From Alphaproteobacteria bacterium (lineage in GTDB: Bacteria > Pseudomonadota > Alphaproteobacteria > UBA6615): a stretch of 64,000 nucleotides of DNA. The stretch spans positions 143,687 through 207,686 of the forward strand of contig JAALLF010000001.1 of assembly GCA_011087645.1 (NCBI GenBank), in the 5' to 3' direction. A program made the position numbers and the translations under genes. This document shows, piece after piece, positions 1 through 11,453 of the stretch. Within the stretch, counting starts at the first letter, position 1. Each line of letters begins with the position of its first letter. The notes beneath the pieces are model-generated. The model saw only the letters and a program-made list of their open reading frames with translations. It was not told the DNA's origin and searched no databases.

Positions 1-591
1 GCCCTCGACCGGGCCGTCGGGCGCGAGCTGCCGCCGCTCAAACTCGACAATGCGACCTTCAAGAGCGTGATCGAACGGCTACCCGAAACCGCCTGGTCAG
101 CGACCGGCCTCGACGCCGTCGAGTTCCGTATCGCCACCAACCCCGGCAGCGCGCCGGGTCCGCTGGGTAAAATCGCGTCGGGCGGCGAGCTCAGTCGGTT
201 CTTGCTTGCGCTCAAAGTCGTGCTCGCCGACGCCGGCGGCGCGACAACGCTGATTTTTGACGAAGTGGATGCCGGGGTCGGCGGCGCAACGGCAGCCGCG
301 GTGGGTGAGCGGCTGGCCGCTTTAGCCGACGCTTCGGACCGGCAGATATTGGTCGTCACCCACAGCCCCCAGGTCGCCGCCGTGGGCACGCACCATTGGC
401 GGGTCTCGAAAGATGGCGACGGCGCTTCGGTAGTCACCAGTGTCGTCCCGCTTGATGAACCGGCGCGCCGCGAAGAGGTTGCGCGCATGCTGGCGGGCAC
501 GGAAATCACCGACGAAGCGCGCGCCGCTGCCGAACGGCTGCTCGCCGGCGCCGAGGCGCAGATCGCCGCGTCACCGCGCGATGCGGCCTAG
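1..591 (+). CDS. recN: DNA repair protein RecN, C-terminal fragment (gene starts upstream of window)
   Basis: ORF open to window edge; translation GGELSRFLLALKVV...LIFDEVDAGVGG...VVTHSPQVAA matches RecN C-terminal SMC-like ATPase (signature and Walker B/D-loop); followed by ligA as is typical in alphaproteobacteria. Confidence 0.85.
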   Translation, partial: ALDRAVGRELPPLKLDNATFKSVIERLPETAWSATGLDAVEFRIATNPGSAPGPLGKIASGGELSRFLLALKVVLADAGGATTLIFDEVDAGVGGATAAAVGERLAALADASDRQILVVTHSPQVAAVGTHHWRVSKDGDGASVVTSVVPLDEPARREEVARMLAGTEITDEARAAAERLLAGAEAQIAASPRDAA

Positions 592-622
592 CGCCCCTCG
601 CCCCTCACCCCTCACCACCCTC

Positions 623-1522
623 ATGAAAACCAACGCCCGCGAGTTTACCATCGGCATCGCCTGCGCATTGTCGGTGGTCGTGTTGTGGTCGAGCTTTCAC
701 ATTATTTCGCGCGTCGGCGTGCAGACATCGCTCAGCCCGTTCGATCTGGTGGCCTTACGTCTTGGCGTCGGTGGCGTCCTCATGTTGCCGGTCCTGCTGC
801 GCTATGGCCTGGGGCACCTGCAACTGTGGCAGGCCATCGTTTTGGCGATGCTCGCCGGTCCCGGTTTCGCGCTATTCGCGTTTACTGGCTACCAATTCGC
901 TCCCGCCGCCCATGGCGCCGCGATTTTAGCCGGCGCCATTCCCCTCTTCGCCGCACCATTGGCCTGGATCGCGCTGGGCGAGCGCCTGAGAAGGTGGCAG
1001 ATCGTCGGGCTTATCGTCATTGTCACCGGCGTGGCGCTCCTTACCGGCGACAGCTTCACCGGCCTGACCGGTTTGATCTGGCGCGGCGATCTACTGTTCA
1101 TCTTCGGAGTCGCCGACTGGGCGGTGTTCACCGTGCTGGCCCGCGCCTGGCGGGTCGAGCCGGTACGGGGCACGGCCATGGTGGCGGTGATTTCGATGAT
1201 TACCTATGTGCCCCTACACTTCGCCTTCCTGCCGTCGCGTTTCGACACCGCGCCGCTGCTCGACATCGCCGGACAGGCGGTCTTTCAGGGCTTCTTCAGT
1301 ATGATCATCTCCCTGCTGCTGTTTACCCGCGCCGTCGCCGCATTAGGCGCGTCTTTGACCACCACAATCACCGCCGCGGTGCCCGCCACCGCCACGATCG
1401 CGGCCTTCATCTTGCTGGGTGAACCGCTTACCGGACTCGCGAGCGGCGGCGTCATATTGGTGACCATCGGTATGCTGGCCGCGGTTCTCGGCGGCCGCCC
1501 GGCGGCTGCAAAGACCCCATAA
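623..1522 (+). CDS. EamA/DMT-family drug/metabolite transporter (10 TM)
   Basis: In-frame ATG at 623 (MKTNAREF...) inside the longer track ORF 440..1522; highly hydrophobic duplicated-EamA architecture (ALRLGVGGVLMLPVLL ... IVIVTGVALL). Confidence 0.75.
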   Translation: MKTNAREFTIGIACALSVVVLWSSFHIISRVGVQTSLSPFDLVALRLGVGGVLMLPVLLRYGLGHLQLWQAIVLAMLAGPGFALFAFTGYQFAPAAHGAAILAGAIPLFAAPLAWIALGERLRRWQIVGLIVIVTGVALLTGDSFTGLTGLIWRGDLLFIFGVADWAVFTVLARAWRVEPVRGTAMVAVISMITYVPLHFAFLPSRFDTAPLLDIAGQAVFQGFFSMIISLLLFTRAVAALGASLTTTITAAVPATATIAAFILLGEPLTGLASGGVILVTIGMLAAVLGGRPAAAKTP

Positions 1523-1538
1523 GAAAGCTGCCTGATGA

Positions 1539-3635
<2,097 letters not shown>

Positions 3636-3676
3636 GGTCCCAAAAGTTTCGAATTTAGCGACGCCTTAAGCCCCTC

Positions 3677-3790
3677 TCCCCGCGGGAGAGGGGTTGGGGT
3701 GAGGGGAAATAATTCATCCAGCAACTACTTCGCCGCCTACTTCCCCTCACCCGGTTCGCTTACGCTCACCACCCTCTCCCGGTGGGAGAG
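3677..3790. repeat. Composite GC-rich palindromic extragenic repeat (two CCCTCTCCC-loop-GGGAGAGGG hairpins flanking a GGGGTGAGGGG/CCCCTCACCC inverted pair); probable bidirectional terminator between convergent ligA and pepP
   Basis: Hairpin 1 at 3677-3699 (CCCCTCTCCCCGCGGGAGAGGGG), hairpin 2 at 3770-3790 (CCCTCTCCCGGTGGGAGAGGG), inner inverted repeat 3701-3713 vs 3743-3756; a related CCCCTCACCCCTCACCACCCTC copy sits at 596-620. Confidence 0.6.
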
Positions 3791-3795
3791 GGTTC

Positions 3796-5607
3796 TTAAT
3801 TCAGCGGTTGTGTGACTTCGGCGAGCCAGTTGCGTGTGGTTTCGTCCACCAGCGGACCAATCCCGGTCATCACCCTTGCGTGGTAGGCGTCGAGCCAGGC
3901 ACGTTCATCTGCGCTGAGCAACGACACTTCGATACAGGCCGGGTCGATCGGCGCCAAGGTGAGGGTTTCGAAACCCAGCATCTCCCGCTCTCCCCCCGCT
4001 ATACCGCCGACCGGCACCACGGCAACCAGGTTTTCGATGCGGATGCCGTAAGCGCCTTCCTTGTAATAGCCGGGTTCGTTGGAAACGATCATGCCCGCCT
4101 GCAGCGCCTGCCCTGTACCGGCCTTGGAAATCCGTTGCGGGCCTTCATGGACGCCGAGATAGCTGCCCACTCCATGGCCGGTGCCGTGATCGTAATCGAG
4201 GCCCGATTGCCACAGATATTGCCGGGCCAAGGCATCGAGTTGCCCGCCAGTGGTGCCTTTTGGAAACCGCGCCAGTGCTATCGCGATATGGCCCTTGAGG
4301 ACGCGGGTAAACCGGTCGCGCATCTCCTCGCTGGGCGCGCCGATCGCCACGGTGCGGGTGACATCTGTAGTACCGTCGAGATATTGCGCGCCGGAATCGA
4401 CGAGGTAGAGTTCGTCGGGGCGCAGCGGTCGGTCGGTCTCGGGGCTCACCCGATAGTGCACGATGGCGCCGTTCGGGCCGGCGCCGGAGATGGTGTCGAA
4501 ACTGAGTTCGCGAAACAGATCGCCATCACTGCGGATTTCGGCCAGTTTTTCGACCGCGCCGATTTCGGTGATCTCCCCCTCGGCCGCCGTCGCCGCCAGC
4601 CAAGCCAAAAACCGGGTCAAGGCAGCGCCGTCGCGCCGGTGGGCAGCGCGCGTGCCGTCAAGTTCGACCGCGTTCTTGATCGCTTTCGGCAAGGTCACCG
4701 GGTCCGCCGCCCGGCGAATATCGGCGCCGGCCGCGGTCAGCCGATCGAACACCCACGACGCGGCGGTATCCGGGCAGGCTTGCACCCGCGCGCCGGCATC
4801 ACCCAACCGGTCGAGCGCCGGTCCGAATGCGTCCGGGTCGTGGCAAGCAACGCCGTTGCCGAGATGAGCGATCAGCGCTTGGGAGGTCTTTGCCGGGTCG
4901 ACGAACCAGTCGACGGTGGCGTCGGCGTTCAAAATGGCGAAGCTCAGCGGCAGCGGTGTGTGGGATACATCGTTGCCCCGCACGTTGAACAGCCAGGCAA
5001 TCGAGTCCGGCTGGGTCAGGACGGTTGCGGCGATGTCGCCTTCGGTGAGTTTCTGCGCCAACTCCGCTCGCTTTTCGGTGCTGGCGCGGCCGGCAAAGCG
5101 CAGCTCGTGAGGCACCACCGGGGTTTGGGGCGGCGCCGGTTGATCGGTCCACTCCGCATCGACCGGGTTCGGGTCGACGGCGACGAGTTCGGCCCCGGCC
5201 TTGTCGCAGGCTTGGCGCAACCGATCGACGCCGCGCACCCCGTGTAGCCAGGGGTCATAGCCGAGCCGCGCGCCCTCGCTCAGATTTTCCGCGACCCAAT
5301 CGGTCGCCGGCGCCTCAATAAGATGGTGGAAACTATATAGATCGGCCTTCACCTGATTGCGCACCTGCAGCGTGTAGCGACCATCGACGAAAATCGCGGC
5401 TCGATCAGCCAAGATCACGGCCATACCGGCCGACCCGCTGAACCCGGTCAGCCAGGCCAGACGCTCGGCGCGCGGCGGCAGGAATTCGTTTTGATGCTCG
5501 TCGGCGTGCGGCACGATAAAACCATCGAGACCCGCCGCCGCCAAATGGGCGCGCAAGGCAGCAAGCTTTTCTGCTGGAGTCATCGGGGAATTGTTCGCTT
5601 GGGCCAT
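3796..5607 (-). CDS. Xaa-Pro aminopeptidase (aminopeptidase P, M24B family)
   Basis: 603 aa; N-terminal creatinase/prolidase-like domains and C-terminal pita-bread metal-binding motifs (HGTGHGVGSYLGVHEGP, NEPGYY). Confidence 0.85.
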   Translation of the reverse strand: MAQANNSPMTPAEKLAALRAHLAAAGLDGFIVPHADEHQNEFLPPRAERLAWLTGFSGSAGMAVILADRAAIFVDGRYTLQVRNQVKADLYSFHHLIEAPATDWVAENLSEGARLGYDPWLHGVRGVDRLRQACDKAGAELVAVDPNPVDAEWTDQPAPPQTPVVPHELRFAGRASTEKRAELAQKLTEGDIAATVLTQPDSIAWLFNVRGNDVSHTPLPLSFAILNADATVDWFVDPAKTSQALIAHLGNGVACHDPDAFGPALDRLGDAGARVQACPDTAASWVFDRLTAAGADIRRAADPVTLPKAIKNAVELDGTRAAHRRDGAALTRFLAWLAATAAEGEITEIGAVEKLAEIRSDGDLFRELSFDTISGAGPNGAIVHYRVSPETDRPLRPDELYLVDSGAQYLDGTTDVTRTVAIGAPSEEMRDRFTRVLKGHIAIALARFPKGTTGGQLDALARQYLWQSGLDYDHGTGHGVGSYLGVHEGPQRISKAGTGQALQAGMIVSNEPGYYKEGAYGIRIENLVAVVPVGGIAGGEREMLGFETLTLAPIDPACIEVSLLSADERAWLDAYHARVMTGIGPLVDETTRNWLAEVTQPLN

Positions 5608-5661
5608 GATCGAAAAGCTAATCTCGGGTTATCGGGAACACAATGGGGGTGTCGCAGCCCA

Positions 5662-6561
5662 TCAAATAGGGCGTCTCATGACCAAGGTCGACCAACCGTC
5701 GAGGCGGTAACGCGCGGTGAGAACCAGGCCTTGCTGCCGGTGGGCCGCGATGACCGGGCGTTCCTGGGTGGTCAGCAACCCCGATAGGACGGCATATCCG
5801 CCAGGCAACAGATGGCGGGCGCAGTCGGGCGCCATGCGGGCGATCGGCCGCGCCAAAATATTTGCCAGGATCAGCGCATAGGGACCGGCGCGGCGGATCG
5901 CATGGGCGGCATATCCCCGGCTGCAAATCGGTCGATGCACCGAACCCAGCCGGTTGGTCTGAACGTTGTAGCGAGCCATATCCACAGCAATCGGATCAAT
6001 ATCCGAAGCCATAACCCGCCGGCGCAAGCGAAGCGCCGCGGCCATGCCCAATATGCCGGTGCCACAGCCCATGTCGAGCACCGGCCCGACCTGTAACAGA
6101 CGCGGTCTGCGCGCAAAATGGTCGAGCGCCAGCAGACAGCCCTGGGTCGTGGGATGTTGGCCGGTGCCAAACGCCGTCGCCGCGTCCACCACGATGGTCA
6201 CCGTGCCGATCGGCGCCGGGTCGTCATGATAGGAATCGCGGATCCAAACTCCGCCGACACGAAGCGGGGTAAAACTTTCCCGGTTGACCGCTGCCCAGTC
6301 GATCGAAGGCAGCCAAATCACGTCCAGTGCCGGCATCGCGATTCCAGCAGCCCGCGACGCCGCTTTAATGTCGGCGCTTAACGCCGCTTCATCGGGCGCA
6401 TCGGCGACGTAACCGCGGATCCGCATGGCGTCGCCCGACGGCGCGGGGAACATGCTGATGGCGCTGGTATAGCTTTCAAGAGCATCGGCAATCGCCTCGC
6501 CGGCAGCCGCCGGAACGATGACTTCCACTTTCCAGCTGGGTTGCGCGGCGGGCCCGGTCAC
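5662..6561 (-). CDS. prmA: Ribosomal protein L11 methyltransferase
   Basis: 299 aa; PrmA-type SAM motif VLDMGCGTGILG, FGTGQHPTT substrate motif; start overlaps uvrD stop (ATGA). Confidence 0.85.
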   Translation of the reverse strand: MTGPAAQPSWKVEVIVPAAAGEAIADALESYTSAISMFPAPSGDAMRIRGYVADAPDEAALSADIKAASRAAGIAMPALDVIWLPSIDWAAVNRESFTPLRVGGVWIRDSYHDDPAPIGTVTIVVDAATAFGTGQHPTTQGCLLALDHFARRPRLLQVGPVLDMGCGTGILGMAAALRLRRRVMASDIDPIAVDMARYNVQTNRLGSVHRPICSRGYAAHAIRRAGPYALILANILARPIARMAPDCARHLLPGGYAVLSGLLTTQERPVIAAHRQQGLVLTARYRLDGWSTLVMRRPI

Positions 6562-8858
6562 ACGGCGTCGGCGGCCACGACAAAACTGTCGAGAACCTTC
6601 TTCTCGCCGGCCTTGTCGAAGGCGATCGCCAATTTGTTGCGATCAATCGAGGTGACTCGGCCATAACCGAATTTCTGGTGAAAGACCCGCTCGCCAACGC
6701 CAAACCCGACCGGCTCAGCCTCGATCAGGGTCGCTTGGGATTCGATCAACGGATCGGACCGCCGGCCACGCCATCCACCGCCCTGTCCACCCCCGGATCC
6801 GAAACTCGACAGCCGACTAGGTGACGCGCCGCCGCCCTCATAGATGCCCGGCTCACTTTCGACCAAGACATGCTTCGACGGCAGTTCGTCGACGAACCGC
6901 GACGGTATCGCGCTTTGCCATTGACCGTGGATGCGCCGATTGGCGGCAAACGAGACGATCGCCGACCGCTTGGCCCGGGTCAGGCCCACATAGGCCAGCC
7001 GGCGTTCTTCTTCCAGTCCCGCCGCGCCGTTTTCATCCATATTACGCTGATGGGGGAACAGCCCTTCCTCCCAGCCGGGCAGGAACACGGTGTCGAACTC
7101 CAAGCCCTTGGCGCCGTGCAGGGTCATGATATTGACCATGTCGGCGCCGGCATTCTCGGTATTCTCCATGACCAGCGAGACATGTTCGAGGAAGCCGCCG
7201 AGATTCTCGAACTCTTCCATCGCCGTGACCAACTCTTTCAAATTCTCCAACCGCCCCGGTGCTTCCGGCGATTTATCGTTCATCAGCATTTCGGTGTAGC
7301 CGCTTTCATCGAGCACCATTTCGGCCAGTTCCGGATGGGGCAGCGCCGCCGGTCCCTCGCCCGAAAGCGCCCGCCAGCGCGAAAAATCCGCCATCACCCC
7401 GGTCAGCGAGCTGCGGGTGCGCGGCTTCAGCTCGTCGGTGGTGACAATCTCGGCCGCCGCCCGGTACAGGCTGGTGCCACCGGCGCGGGCCAGCGCGTGC
7501 AGGGTCTGCACCGTCGCGTCGCCGATGCCGCGCTTGGGCCGGTTGACGATGCGTTCGAAGGCCAGATCGTCGTCGGGTTGGCGCACAATACGCAAATAGG
7601 CCAGGGCATCGCGGATTTCCAGGCGCTCATAAAAGCGCGGGCCGCCGATCACCCGGTAGGGAATACCCAGCTTCAAGAACCGTTCTTCGAATTCACGAGT
7701 TTGAAAACCGGCGCGCACCAAAATCGCCATGTCCTGTAGTGCGATCGGCGTGCCGTCGCGCCCACGGCGCTGTAGATCCTCGATATGGTCGGAGATGAAG
7801 CGCGCTTCCTCCTCGCCGTCCCACAGCCCCCGCACGATGATGGGATCACCGCCCTTGCCTGCTGTCCATAGGGTTTTGCCGAGCCGTCCCTCATTGTTGG
7901 AAATCAGCGCCGAGGCGGCGGCCAGGATCGGCGCGGTCGAGCGATAGTTCTGCTCGAGGCGGACTACCTTGGCGCCGGGGAAATCTTCCTCGAAACGCAG
8001 GATGTTGCCAACCTCGGCGCCGCGCCAGGCGTAGATCGACTGGTCATCGTCGCCGACACAAGCGATGTTGCGATGGCCTTGGGCCAACAGGCGCAGCCAC
8101 AGATATTGCGCGACGTTGGTGTCCTGATATTCGTCGACCAGGATATAGCGAAAGCGCTGCTGATACTCATTGAGCACGTCTTCGTGCTGGTTGAATATGG
8201 TCAAACAGTGCAGCAGAAGATCGCCGAAATCTGCCGCGTTCAGCGTGCGCAGGCGATCCTGATATTCCTCATACAGGGTGACCAAGCGGCCGCCTGCCAT
8301 ATCGCCGGCCTCGGCCGCCGAGACCTTGTCGGGTGTCAGCCCGCGGTCCTTCCAGCGTTGGATCACGCCCATCATCACCCGCGCCGGCCACCGCTTGCTG
8401 TCGATGTCGCTGGCTTCGAGCAATTGCTTTAGCAAGCGCACCTGATCGTCGGTGTCGAGAATGGTGAAATTAGACTGCAGGCCGACCAGTTCACCGTGAC
8501 GGCGCAACATGCGCGCGCCCAGCGCGTGAAAGGTCCCTAGCCAGATAGCCTCGGCCGGTCCGCCGACCAGATCGGCCACCCGCTCGCGCATTTCGCGCGC
8601 CGCCTTATTGGTAAACGTGACCGCCAGCACCTCATAGGGGCGCACTTGGCGGAACCGCAGCAGATGGGCGAGACGGGTGGTGAGAACGCGCGTTTTGCCG
8701 GTTCCCGCGCCCGCCAAGACGAGGGTCGGCCCGTCCAACGCCTCGACCGCGTCGCGCTGCGCCTCGTTGAGTTGCGCGAGATAGGCCGCGCCGGCGGCAA
8801 CACTGTTGGCGGCAGGCGGTTGTGGCTCTTCGTCTTCGATGTGAAACGGATCGGTCAT
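6558..8858 (-). CDS. uvrD: ATP-dependent DNA helicase UvrD (DNA helicase II)
   Basis: 766 aa; SF1 helicase motifs I (AGAGTGKT), II (VDEYQDTN), VI etc.; C-terminal extension typical of UvrD. Confidence 0.9.
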   Translation of the reverse strand: MTDPFHIEDEEPQPPAANSVAAGAAYLAQLNEAQRDAVEALDGPTLVLAGAGTGKTRVLTTRLAHLLRFRQVRPYEVLAVTFTNKAAREMRERVADLVGGPAEAIWLGTFHALGARMLRRHGELVGLQSNFTILDTDDQVRLLKQLLEASDIDSKRWPARVMMGVIQRWKDRGLTPDKVSAAEAGDMAGGRLVTLYEEYQDRLRTLNAADFGDLLLHCLTIFNQHEDVLNEYQQRFRYILVDEYQDTNVAQYLWLRLLAQGHRNIACVGDDDQSIYAWRGAEVGNILRFEEDFPGAKVVRLEQNYRSTAPILAAASALISNNEGRLGKTLWTAGKGGDPIIVRGLWDGEEEARFISDHIEDLQRRGRDGTPIALQDMAILVRAGFQTREFEERFLKLGIPYRVIGGPRFYERLEIRDALAYLRIVRQPDDDLAFERIVNRPKRGIGDATVQTLHALARAGGTSLYRAAAEIVTTDELKPRTRSSLTGVMADFSRWRALSGEGPAALPHPELAEMVLDESGYTEMLMNDKSPEAPGRLENLKELVTAMEEFENLGGFLEHVSLVMENTENAGADMVNIMTLHGAKGLEFDTVFLPGWEEGLFPHQRNMDENGAAGLEEERRLAYVGLTRAKRSAIVSFAANRRIHGQWQSAIPSRFVDELPSKHVLVESEPGIYEGGGASPSRLSSFGSGGGQGGGWRGRRSDPLIESQATLIEAEPVGFGVGERVFHQKFGYGRVTSIDRNKLAIAFDKAGEKKVLDSFVVAADAV

Positions 8859-9013
8859 GGGCGAAGCCGATTATATCACGCACAAATCATGAGTCGCCGC
8901 TCCCCCTCAGGCACGCAAACGTTATTCAAACAATCGCGTGATCGCGTATCGGGTGCGCGACTCCAATGCTAGTCTTTATATAGGGGAAGCTGACCCCTGG
9001 CGAATATGGGGAC

Positions 9014-10069
9014 GTGACCATGCTTCATCGACCTGATTTTCCGCGTAAGTCACTGAAAAATTGCGCCTATTCTATCTCGATTCTAGCCGCGGCAATGTTA
9101 TTTGCCAGCGCCGTTGGCGGGGCGTTCGATCCGGCGCGGGCACAATCAAACGACGGCTCAAATAATTTACTCGACGCTGTTGTCGGCATCGACACCCATA
9201 TCCCGAGCAACGCGCGCACCGCCGGAACGCTGGGCACCGAACGCCAGGGTAGCGGCGCGGTGATCTCCGACGACGGCTTGGTGCTGACCATCGGATATTT
9301 GATCCTCGAGGCCAACAGCATCGATCTGACGACCAGCGATGGACGAACGATCCCCGCTAAATTCCTCGGTTACGACCATGCTTCGGGCTTTGGTTTGGTA
9401 CGCGCGCTGAGCCCCCTGGGGGTCACGCCGTTTGAACTTGGCAGTTCCGACGACGCCGCCGCCAGATCGCAGGCGCTAATCGCCAATCGGCTCGGCAAAG
9501 AATCGGTGCAAGGCGTATTCGTGGTCGATCGCCGACAGTTTGTCGGCAGTTGGGAATATTTGCTCGACGACGCCATTTACACATCACCGCCAAACCCCAA
9601 TTTCAGCGGCGCTTCGTTGCTCGGCGCCGACGGCAGGCTGCTAGGGATCGGGTCCCTGTTCGTTGGCAACGCGGCGGTTATCCAGCAACCGGTGCCAGGC
9701 AATATGTTCGTGCCGATCGACGAATTGCGGCCGATCCTCGACGATATGGTCGCCTCGGGCCGGCGCGCCGGCAACGCGCGTCCTTGGGTGGGCATCTTTT
9801 CATCGGAGTTTCGCGGACGCGTTTTCGTTGACCGGATCGCGCCCGACGGCCCCGCCGAAGCCGCCGGCATCGAGCCCGGCGACCTCATCGTTAATGTCCG
9901 GGGCACCCCGGTCGACGATATGGCGAGTTTCCTGCGCGCGGTCTGGAAAGACGGCAAAGCGGGCGACAAGATTGATATGACCGTTCTCACCAAGGGCGGA
10001 GAATTACGCGGTGTAAGCGTGAGTTCCGACGATCGGCAGAACTGGCTGCGGCTCGACCCGAGTTTCTAG
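9014..10069 (+). CDS. Secreted S1C (DegP/HtrA-like) trypsin-fold protein with C-terminal PDZ domain; catalytic His/Asp apparently substituted
   Basis: Signal peptide, trypsin-like region aligning to DegP (GSGAVIS ... NFSGASLLGADGRLLGI retains Ser motif) and PDZ (GIEPGDLIVNVRGTPV); the LTNNHVV block reads LTIGYLI. Confidence 0.65.
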   Translation: MTMLHRPDFPRKSLKNCAYSISILAAAMLFASAVGGAFDPARAQSNDGSNNLLDAVVGIDTHIPSNARTAGTLGTERQGSGAVISDDGLVLTIGYLILEANSIDLTTSDGRTIPAKFLGYDHASGFGLVRALSPLGVTPFELGSSDDAAARSQALIANRLGKESVQGVFVVDRRQFVGSWEYLLDDAIYTSPPNPNFSGASLLGADGRLLGIGSLFVGNAAVIQQPVPGNMFVPIDELRPILDDMVASGRRAGNARPWVGIFSSEFRGRVFVDRIAPDGPAEAAGIEPGDLIVNVRGTPVDDMASFLRAVWKDGKAGDKIDMTVLTKGGELRGVSVSSDDRQNWLRLDPSF

Positions 10070-10203
10070 CGCCATAATCGGTTCCGGTTAGGCGTGTCCT
10101 TCGGCGCGCACAGCCGATTGTTCCCTATAATCAGCGAGACACACCACCAGCACGCCGACCGCGAGCGTAAATAGGTGCAGATTACGTGGGGTGAAAAATC
10201 TTA

Positions 10204-11283
10204 TTAAGCGACGTTGCGCGCGTCGGCGTCTTCGGCGAGATCGTTCTCCGATTGAACGCAATTGCGGCCCGCATGCTTGGCCGCATACAGCGCGGCATCA
10301 GCCCGGGCGATGAGGTCCTCGTCGGAATCCTCAGCCCGCAACTGGGCAACGCCGATCGACAGGGTCACCGATCCCAGGGTTTGGCGCGACGCTTTCCGAA
10401 CGATTTTTTGGCCAGCCACGGTAACGCGTATCTGCTCAGCGACCGCTTCCGCATCTTGCAAGCTGGCCTCCGGCAAAATGACCGAAAATTCCTCACCGCC
10501 GTAACGCGCCGCTGTATCGCCGTCTTTGGTTTTGGCCGACATGCACCCTGCTACCAAGCGGATCACTTCGTCGCCCAGTTGATGGCCGTAGGTGTCGTTA
10601 AATGCCTTGAAATGATCAATGTCGAGCATCAACAAACAAAGCGGCGCCTTCTGTTCGGTCGCCGCAGACATCCCGTCAGCCAACTCTTCGCTAAAGGCGC
10701 GGCGATTGGCCAGTCCCGTCAGGGGATCGGTTAGCGCCTCGCTGCGGATATCGGCCATGCGGATTTTGAGCTCAGCAATTTCATTGTTCGACTTTTGGAG
10801 ACTCTCGTTGGCGTTGCGATTTTGTTCCACCATGAGGCGGGTCTGTTCGACCAGGTTGGCGACAACGCTTTGCATTTGCTCAGCCGTACCGGCCGATTGC
10901 AAGGCGCCATCGACACCCTCCAAGGTTTCACCGTAGCGTTCGGTTTCCGAACCCGTTTGCTTTAAAATCTCTGTGGTCGCCGCAATCGCTTTTTCCAAAT
11001 CGCCGCCCACCGCATCGATAGCCGCCTCGCGGGTACCCTCTTTATCGCCGAGGCTCAACCGCAGAACCGCGGCATATAAATCGGCGCACTGGGTGTCGTC
11101 GAACGGCTCCTTTTTCGCCAACATGCTATCGATGTGGCGACCAAAGGACGTGTCGAAACCGCTCAGATAGGCGTACCACACCGTAAAGTTCTGTGGATTG
11201 GCGGTAATCCCGAGCTCCGCCATACGCTCGACAGCGCCGGCGGCAAATTTCGCGGCTTCTTTTTGATTTTGGGGATATTCCAC
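10204..11283 (-). CDS. Diguanylate cyclase (GGDEF domain) with N-terminal sensory/coiled-coil region
   Basis: 359 aa; GGDEF catalytic motif RYGGEEF, I-site-like RxxD, DxLTGLANRRAF start of GGDEF domain. Confidence 0.85.
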   Translation of the reverse strand: MEYPQNQKEAAKFAAGAVERMAELGITANPQNFTVWYAYLSGFDTSFGRHIDSMLAKKEPFDDTQCADLYAAVLRLSLGDKEGTREAAIDAVGGDLEKAIAATTEILKQTGSETERYGETLEGVDGALQSAGTAEQMQSVVANLVEQTRLMVEQNRNANESLQKSNNEIAELKIRMADIRSEALTDPLTGLANRRAFSEELADGMSAATEQKAPLCLLMLDIDHFKAFNDTYGHQLGDEVIRLVAGCMSAKTKDGDTAARYGGEEFSVILPEASLQDAEAVAEQIRVTVAGQKIVRKASRQTLGSVTLSIGVAQLRAEDSDEDLIARADAALYAAKHAGRNCVQSENDLAEDADARNVA

Positions 11284-11453
11284 AACGGCCTCTAATCGGG
11301 TTTCTACCCCGTAGTCTTACCCAAGACCGGTTAACGAGCTGTTAGTGAACTAGGTCGATTAGGCACCTGAACGCACCAAATAGGCGGCTTTTACTAAAAT
11401 AGGGCGCATAATGACGGCGATTTAAGCTCGAAAGACCCGTCGAGGAGGCGAGT

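Noticed and set aside
440-1522. Long 360-aa form of the EamA transporter ORF overlapping recN
   Set aside because: The first 61 codons overlap the recN 3' end in another frame and are Arg/Pro-rich with no TM character. The start at 623 gives a canonical EamA N-terminus.
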